Source: a virus (Duplodnaviria > Heunggongvirae > Uroviricota > Caudoviricetes). Taken from it: DNA of 3,170 nucleotides. The stretch lies in the IMG/VR virus record IMGVR_UViG_3300011531_000036, positions 1-3,170 of that record; one strand, given 5' to 3'. Shown here one piece after another: positions 1 to 3,170 of this stretch; the stretch's first letter is position 1, and the number at the start of each line of letters is the position of its first letter. Under the pieces are notes generated by a model that did not search any database, was not told where the DNA came from, and worked only from the letters and a program-made list of their open reading frames with translations. A program made the translations under genes and the position numbers.

Positions 1-192
1 TCAGGAGCATTTCTGATTAACGCCACCGTTAAGAATCCACCCTTCAACAGCTTCACGAAGGTATGATTTGGGGTGGGTTCTGACTGGCTTCGGAAATCCG
101 TGCCGTTTGGTATAGTTCCAGATTGTCTGACGTGATGAAACACCGAGCTTGTTCATCACTTCTTTCTCAGGAATCAGGCTGGTATCGGTCAT
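1..192 (-). CDS. AlpA/Xis-family small helix-turn-helix DNA-binding protein, probable prophage excisionase or regulator (63 aa)
   Basis: Complete ORF: ATG at 192-190, TGA at 3-1. GGAG (plus-strand ctcc at 200-203) lies 7 nt upstream of the ATG. The segment LIPEKEVMNKLGVSSRQTIWNYTKRHGFPKPVRT...W has the AlpA/Xis pattern: a short helix-turn-helix with the 'TIW/TIY ... FPKP' signature and a conserved Trp near the C-terminus. Its position at the distal end of a leftward operon fits xis. Family call is from recollection, not a search. Confidence 0.7.
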   Translation of the reverse strand: MTDTSLIPEKEVMNKLGVSSRQTIWNYTKRHGFPKPVRTHPKSYLREAVEGWILNGGVNQKCS

Positions 193-206
193 CTTAATTC
201 TCCAGG

Positions 207-230
207 CAAAAATAAACCGCCATATAGCGG
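207..230 (-). terminator. Weak hairpin plus U-tract immediately upstream of the AlpA/Xis-like gene (candidate intrinsic terminator or attenuator)
   Basis: Plus-strand ccgc (217-220) pairs with gcgg (227-230). On the minus-strand RNA this gives CCGCU-AUAU-GGCGG (4 GC pairs plus one U-G), followed by UUUAUUUUUG (216-207). The stem is short, so stability is marginal. Alternative reading: the loop sequence TATATG could be a -10 element for the downstream gene. Confidence 0.3.
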
Positions 231-353
231 CTCTATCAGATATGAACAGGCCTCATCGAGTGTGAGGCTGGTTAGTCATTGCGTAGCTCGCTGATTATTC
301 TGTAAGTCTCTGGTGCTTTGCTATCTCACGCAGTGCCTGATAGTCAATCTTGT

Positions 354-593
354 TCACTGGTTGCCTCCTTTGCGGATCTGCGCTGCGATGCACGAAAAAA
401 AAGACTCCCGCGTATGACTGTTAAGAGCTGGCGCGAACGCTGCGTTAAGAACGGCAGCATCACAGCCGTCATCGATATAGAGCGCAATTTTTTTCTCCAG
501 GCGCGCTTTGGCTTCCTGCAACTGCATACCCCGGCACGCACGCGGGATATAATCAGCAATTTGAGCGATAGCTTTTTCGTTCTGTTTAAACAT
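354..593 (-). CDS. Hypothetical small phage protein (79 aa)
   Basis: ATG at 593-591 with GAGGT 5 nt upstream (minus strand). The start overlaps the stop of the upstream 67-aa ORF in an ATGTTTAA arrangement (shared nt 586-593). Balanced amino-acid composition. No family recognised. Confidence 0.55.
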   Translation of the reverse strand: MFKQNEKAIAQIADYIPRACRGMQLQEAKARLEKKIALYIDDGCDAAVLNAAFAPALNSHTRESFFSCIAAQIRKGGNQ

Positions 594-789
594 GCTTCAC
601 CTCGATAGGCTTGATGGTGTCTAACAGCAGTCGGCGGCGCGTATTTTCTGCAAAGTGGCGGCGTCCAGTTTCTTTGTGGTAAAACTCGTTTTTGCCGACG
701 ACCCACATCCGTTCTGTTTGGTGCAATTTTTTTACCTGCGGTCCATCTTTGGTGATCACGGTACCGGTATGGGTTTTTACGATTGTCAT
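586..789 (-). CDS. Hypothetical small phage protein (67 aa)
   Basis: ATG at 789-787 with GAGG about 7 nt upstream. The ATG overlaps the TGA of the upstream PAPS-reductase-like ORF as ATGA (786-789). No family recognised. Confidence 0.55.
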   Translation of the reverse strand: MTIVKTHTGTVITKDGPQVKKLHQTERMWVVGKNEFYHKETGRRHFAENTRRRLLLDTIKPIEVKHV

Positions 790-1664
790 GCCACTACCTC
801 TTCGAATTTCAACTCCAATTGGTCACCCCAGATTTCACATGATTCGGAACACGAACCAGTATCAAACCGCTTGGCCAGCACCATCGCCTGATACAAACTT
901 CTGTAGTCGCTGTCGGCATACATTCTGGCAATCCTGTCAAGCGTCAGGTGACCACGGTACATAACGTCTTTACCTGTTCTGCGATGACCATCCCGGACGT
1001 GTTTGCCTGTAACCAGTTCATTAAAAACCCGCATCAGACCAGGTTCGTCTTTACATGCGATCCCCAGCTTTTGCGTTGACTTTTTGATGCAGAAAACACA
1101 GTTCCCGAGGTGCTCCGGGATTTGCAAATCAAAAGGTTGTTTACGCCACCACCGGATAACATCCGACTTATCAAAATCTGACAGCTCGGCAAGATACCGG
1201 ACGCCCGGTTTCGGTTTCAGCCTACGGTGTTCGTCCGCACGAATACCCAGCCATGTGATGTAATTCCCTCGCCCAAAATGGTCATCGCAATATTTCGTGA
1301 AAGGGGTGAGTTTTAGCCTGTCAGTACAGAATGCGCCGCCGATGTATGGCGTACCGTACTTTTTAACCATGTCCATAAACGGTTTAAGCACCGGCATTCG
1401 CGTCTGAATATCCTTTGGTTCCCATTCCGTATAACCATTTGGCTGCCCAAGCTCTGGATTTATATCGACCTGCAACACAGTTAGCGGTATGCCCCAGAAC
1501 TTCACAACCTCCCGAATAAAGCGGTATGTCAGCGGATGTTCGCAACCGGTATCCATAAAGATGTAGCAGACGTTATTGCCAGCCTTTCTTTGTTCTTCCA
1601 TCAGGTGAACAAGATATGCAGATGTTCTCCCGCCAGAAAAACTAACTACATGAGTTATGCACAT
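786..1664 (-). CDS. Phosphoadenosine-phosphosulfate (PAPS) reductase family / PP-loop ATP-pyrophosphatase-fold protein, phage-associated (292 aa)
   Basis: ORF of 292 aa. N-terminal VVSFSGGRTSAY resembles the PP-loop SGGxDS motif. The segment FMDTGCEHPLTYRFIREV aligns by eye with the conserved CysH block ILTDTGYLFPETYRFIDEL. There is a CxxC (NCVFCIKK) and a C-terminal Cys cluster (GSCSESCEIW). The ATG at 1664-1662 lies 4 nt upstream of the upstream gene's stop codon (TAA 1657-1655; ORFs share nt 1655-1664), so the weak SD is compensated by coupling. Confidence 0.85.
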   Translation of the reverse strand: MCITHVVSFSGGRTSAYLVHLMEEQRKAGNNVCYIFMDTGCEHPLTYRFIREVVKFWGIPLTVLQVDINPELGQPNGYTEWEPKDIQTRMPVLKPFMDMVKKYGTPYIGGAFCTDRLKLTPFTKYCDDHFGRGNYITWLGIRADEHRRLKPKPGVRYLAELSDFDKSDVIRWWRKQPFDLQIPEHLGNCVFCIKKSTQKLGIACKDEPGLMRVFNELVTGKHVRDGHRRTGKDVMYRGHLTLDRIARMYADSDYRSLYQAMVLAKRFDTGSCSESCEIWGDQLELKFEEVVA

Positions 1665-2191
1665 TTGCGTAATTCCGATAACTCGTTGAAGCGTTCCATA
1701 AACATCCCGTAGGCATGGCCCGGTGCCAGTGGAATCACTTTGAACATCTCTGTTGCCGGGATACCTTCCAATACAGGCCAGAAAGAGCCATCATCAAGTC
1801 CGAGATCGCGGCGTTCGGTTGCCAGCATGATGAGATCGGCATATTTCACTGGCGTGCTCATAACAGGAGGTAACCCGTATTTCTCACGGATTACGGCGTC
1901 TATTTTTTCTTCCATCCGTTTATAGTCAGGAAGAAGTCGTTTCAGTGGTGCGGGGATGTCATGGCAATACGCTTCTGTTGCATCATGCATTAACGCTTCA
2001 AAAGCAAATTCCTGCGGCACCAGCTGGCTGCAAAGCACCGCATGCTGGGCGACACTGTAGAAGTGTGAAAGATGTCCTGCAAAGCGACAGATATTTGAAA
2101 GGGAAACCGCGATATCGTTAATAACGATGTCGTCTTTATTTATCTTGTCATAATAAAAATGCTTCCCGGAAAAAGTTTTAATAAATGACAT
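1655..2191 (-). CDS. yfdR: HD-domain phosphohydrolase, YfbR/YfdR-family 5'-deoxynucleotidase (178 aa from the ATG at 2191)
   Basis: HD motifs are visible: RFAGH, then ALMHDATEAYCHDIPAPLK, matching the YfbR-type block ALxHDAxEAxxGDxPxPxK. The preferred start is the ATG at 2191-2189 with GGAG 6 nt upstream; the ORF track's 187-aa version starts at an in-frame GTG at 2218 with no obvious SD. The 178-aa length and prophage context match my recollection of E. coli CPS-53 YfdR; the symbol is assigned from memory, not a search. Confidence 0.85.
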   Translation of the reverse strand: MSFIKTFSGKHFYYDKINKDDIVINDIAVSLSNICRFAGHLSHFYSVAQHAVLCSQLVPQEFAFEALMHDATEAYCHDIPAPLKRLLPDYKRMEEKIDAVIREKYGLPPVMSTPVKYADLIMLATERRDLGLDDGSFWPVLEGIPATEMFKVIPLAPGHAYGMFMERFNELSELRKCA

Positions 2192-2315
2192 TTTGTTCTC
2201 CACGTATATGCGCTGCACCGCGCTGAATTCGGGTAAAAGGAAGCCCTCACCGTCCGGCGATTATTGAGTCAATTACATTTCCATAAATGCCCCCGTAGGG
2301 GCGGTTAGTTTCTCC

Positions 2316-2404
2316 ACAAAACAGAGAAGAACACCTGCGGTGGCAGCCGCCCGGATGGATTGGGTTATGAGCCCGTCGTCCGGTGATGCTCTTCTCTGTT
2401 TTGT
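2316..2404. repeat. Perfect 15-bp inverted repeat (acaaaacagagaaga at 2316-2330, tcttctctgttttgt at 2390-2404) enclosing a 59-nt GC-rich insert that can form two further hairpins
   Basis: Verified base by base. Inner helices: gcgg/ccgc at 2337-2340/2347-2350, and ccggatg/cgtccgg at 2351-2357/2377-2383 with a nested ggg/ccc at 2362-2364/2372-2374. Overall a three-way-junction-like fold of 89 nt. Lies in a region without credible coding potential. Confidence 0.8.
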
Positions 2405-2449
2405 AAAAAGGACGGTACCAGCCGGAAGCAAGGGTACAAGCTGGTACCG
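2403..2449 (-). terminator. Candidate rho-independent terminator on the minus strand (10-bp GC-rich stem plus U-tract)
   Basis: Perfect inverted repeat cggtaccagc (2413-2422) and gctggtaccg (2440-2449) with a 17-nt loop. On the minus-strand RNA the stem is followed after 3 nt by UUUUU (complement of 2409-2405). The loop is larger than typical, so it may instead be a structured RNA element or protein-binding palindrome. Confidence 0.4.
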
Positions 2450-2480
2450 CCAAGACTACACACAGCATAAAGTTGTGGTG

Positions 2481-2500
2481 CCGGGTGCCTCCCGGTGCCT
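2481..2500. repeat. Tandem decamer ccgggtgcct / cccggtgcct
   Basis: Two adjacent 10-nt units differing at one position. The second unit overlaps a 6-bp stem, gcctgg (2497-2502) pairing with ccaggc (2516-2521). Confidence 0.7.
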
Positions 2501-2590
2501 GGCGAAGGTTGCACACCAGGCGGGTGGGTATCCACAGAAGGTCGACTGTCAGCCTCAACCTTAACCCGCGTGCGCTGAGCCGCATTCACC

Positions 2591-2720
2591 ACAACGCTAA
2601 GGATTCTCTCTGGTTGAAAATACTTAGCTGTTATGTGCCTGCTTTTAGCCACATCAGGCGAGGTGGACCTAGTTATTCCCCAACAACAAGGATTCGGTTA
2701 ATCTGGTTATCCCCAACAAC
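2591..2720. promoter_or_regulatory. Degenerate direct repeats upstream of the 144-aa ORF (candidate operator/iteron-like sites)
   Basis: gttattccccaacaac (2672-2687) and gttatccccaacaac (2706-2720) are near-identical, 34 bp apart; the second ends 15 bp before the ATG at 2736. A looser module, acaac..aaggattc..ctgg, recurs at 2591-2613 and 2682-2705. No convincing sigma-70 -35/-10 pair could be placed by eye. Confidence 0.45.
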
Positions 2721-2735
2721 GTAAAAGGAAAAGAA

Positions 2736-3170
2736 ATGTCCGGTAATATCTATACGCTGTACAAATCCCACTGTGAAAATGTTGGAAAGTATCGGGGCAT
2801 TGAAATCAGTGGGGTAGTGTCATCAGTCGAAATAAGCAAAGTTGAATCAAGGGCAACATTACTTACTCTTTTGGACCTTGTTTTACATGAGCACCGGAAG
2901 AAATTCGGCACTCCCTATAATCAGTTGAATGGGAAAAAGGCTCTGGTTCACCTTATTCTGATGAAGCATCACTGGATGCCAAAACAGATTAATGAGATGA
3001 AATTTGATGAACTTCTTCTTTCAATTCAGGATGAACTCACACTTGATAAAATAAGCGTAACCGCCCAGAAATTTTTAGATTATCGAGACTGGAGATCACA
3101 AATTCATCACTTTGATGATTTTGACGAAAATGAATGGGATCCTAATTTGTCTGCACAATATCTAAAGTAA
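2736..3170 (+). CDS. Hypothetical orphan protein (144 aa), AT-rich moron-like gene with an acidic C-terminus
   Basis: Complete ORF: ATG 2736 to TAA 3168-3170, with AGGA 6 nt upstream (2726-2729). No competing ORF on either strand. About 38% GC by hand count (2741-3170), against about 58% in the adjacent non-coding region. C-terminal third is rich in D/E (HHFDDFDENEWDPNLS). No family recognised. Confidence 0.75.
   Translation: MSGNIYTLYKSHCENVGKYRGIEISGVVSSVEISKVESRATLLTLLDLVLHEHRKKFGTPYNQLNGKKALVHLILMKHHWMPKQINEMKFDELLLSIQDELTLDKISVTAQKFLDYRDWRSQIHHFDDFDENEWDPNLSAQYLK

Noticed and set aside
344-706. Minus-strand ORF 344..706 (120 aa)
   Set aside because: It is in a different frame overlapping both small coupled genes. 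Its product is Arg/Lys-rich and low-complexity, and it breaks the stop/start coupling pattern. The 67-aa and 79-aa ORFs, each with an SD, are preferred.
318-1263. Plus-strand ORFs 318..608, 655..891, 692..964 and 1003..1263 from the track
   Set aside because: All lie antisense to the better-supported minus-strand genes (coupled starts, SD sequences, recognisable domains). They lack ribosome-binding sites and look like shadow ORFs of the coding strand.
1740-1925. Plus-strand ORF 1740..1925 (61 aa)
   Set aside because: Antisense inside the HD-domain gene; Ser/Arg-rich with no SD; shadow ORF.
2247-2724. Four overlapping ORFs in the GC-rich region (2247..2585 -, 2340..2564 +, 2365..2652 -, 2473..2724 +)
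   Set aside because: They are mutually overlapping on both strands, Arg/Pro/Gly-rich as expected for random ORFs in GC-rich DNA, lack SD sequences, and coincide with long perfect inverted repeats. The region is interpreted as non-coding structured DNA/RNA. A decayed pseudogene cannot be excluded without homology searches.
2219-2735. Retron (msr/msd) interpretation of the structured region
   Set aside because: The long hairpin and a short possible a1/a2-like complementarity (accgtcc 2249-2255 with ggacggt 2410-2416) prompted the idea. There is no reverse-transcriptase ORF in the window, the nearest downstream gene is a 144-aa protein more than 300 bp from the hairpin, and the 7-bp complementarity is weak. 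Unsupported on current evidence, though it cannot be excluded if an RT lies beyond 3170.
2219-2735. tRNA, tmRNA, REP/ERIC element or CRISPR array in the GC-rich region
   Set aside because: No T-loop (GGTTCGAATCC-like) or acceptor/anticodon architecture on either strand. No match by eye to the REP or ERIC consensus. No regularly spaced identical repeats with unique spacers.
2600-2735. Sigma-70 promoter for the 144-aa gene
   Set aside because: TTGAAA at 2614-2619 and several A/T-rich hexamers were examined, but no -35/-10 pair with acceptable spacing and a transcription start upstream of the SD could be placed. Left as unresolved rather than called.

Overview
The window reads as the accessory (early-left-like) region of a lambdoid prophage of an enterobacterium, resembling the CPS-53/KplE1 type. 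On the minus strand, 2191->1, a compact cassette of four translationally coupled genes encodes a YfbR/YfdR-family HD-domain 5'-deoxynucleotidase, a PAPS-reductase-family (PP-loop) protein and two small hypothetical proteins. It is followed by a small AlpA/Xis-type helix-turn-helix gene ending exactly at the window edge, so an integrase and attachment site are expected just beyond position 1. Upstream of the cassette lies a 517-bp GC-rich region (2219-2735, about 58% GC by hand count over 2281-2580) with no convincing ORF but dense secondary-structure potential: a perfect 15-bp inverted repeat enclosing two hairpins, a 10-bp GC stem followed by a U-tract on the minus strand, a tandem decamer and degenerate direct repeats. 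A divergent AT-rich orphan ORF of 144 aa (2736-3170, plus strand, about 38% GC) looks like a separately acquired moron. The most interesting candidates are the structured non-coding region, possibly with the adjacent orphan gene, and the HD plus PAPS-reductase pair. No tRNA, rRNA, CRISPR array or transposase was recognised. All family assignments come from motif recognition by eye; no database search was run.
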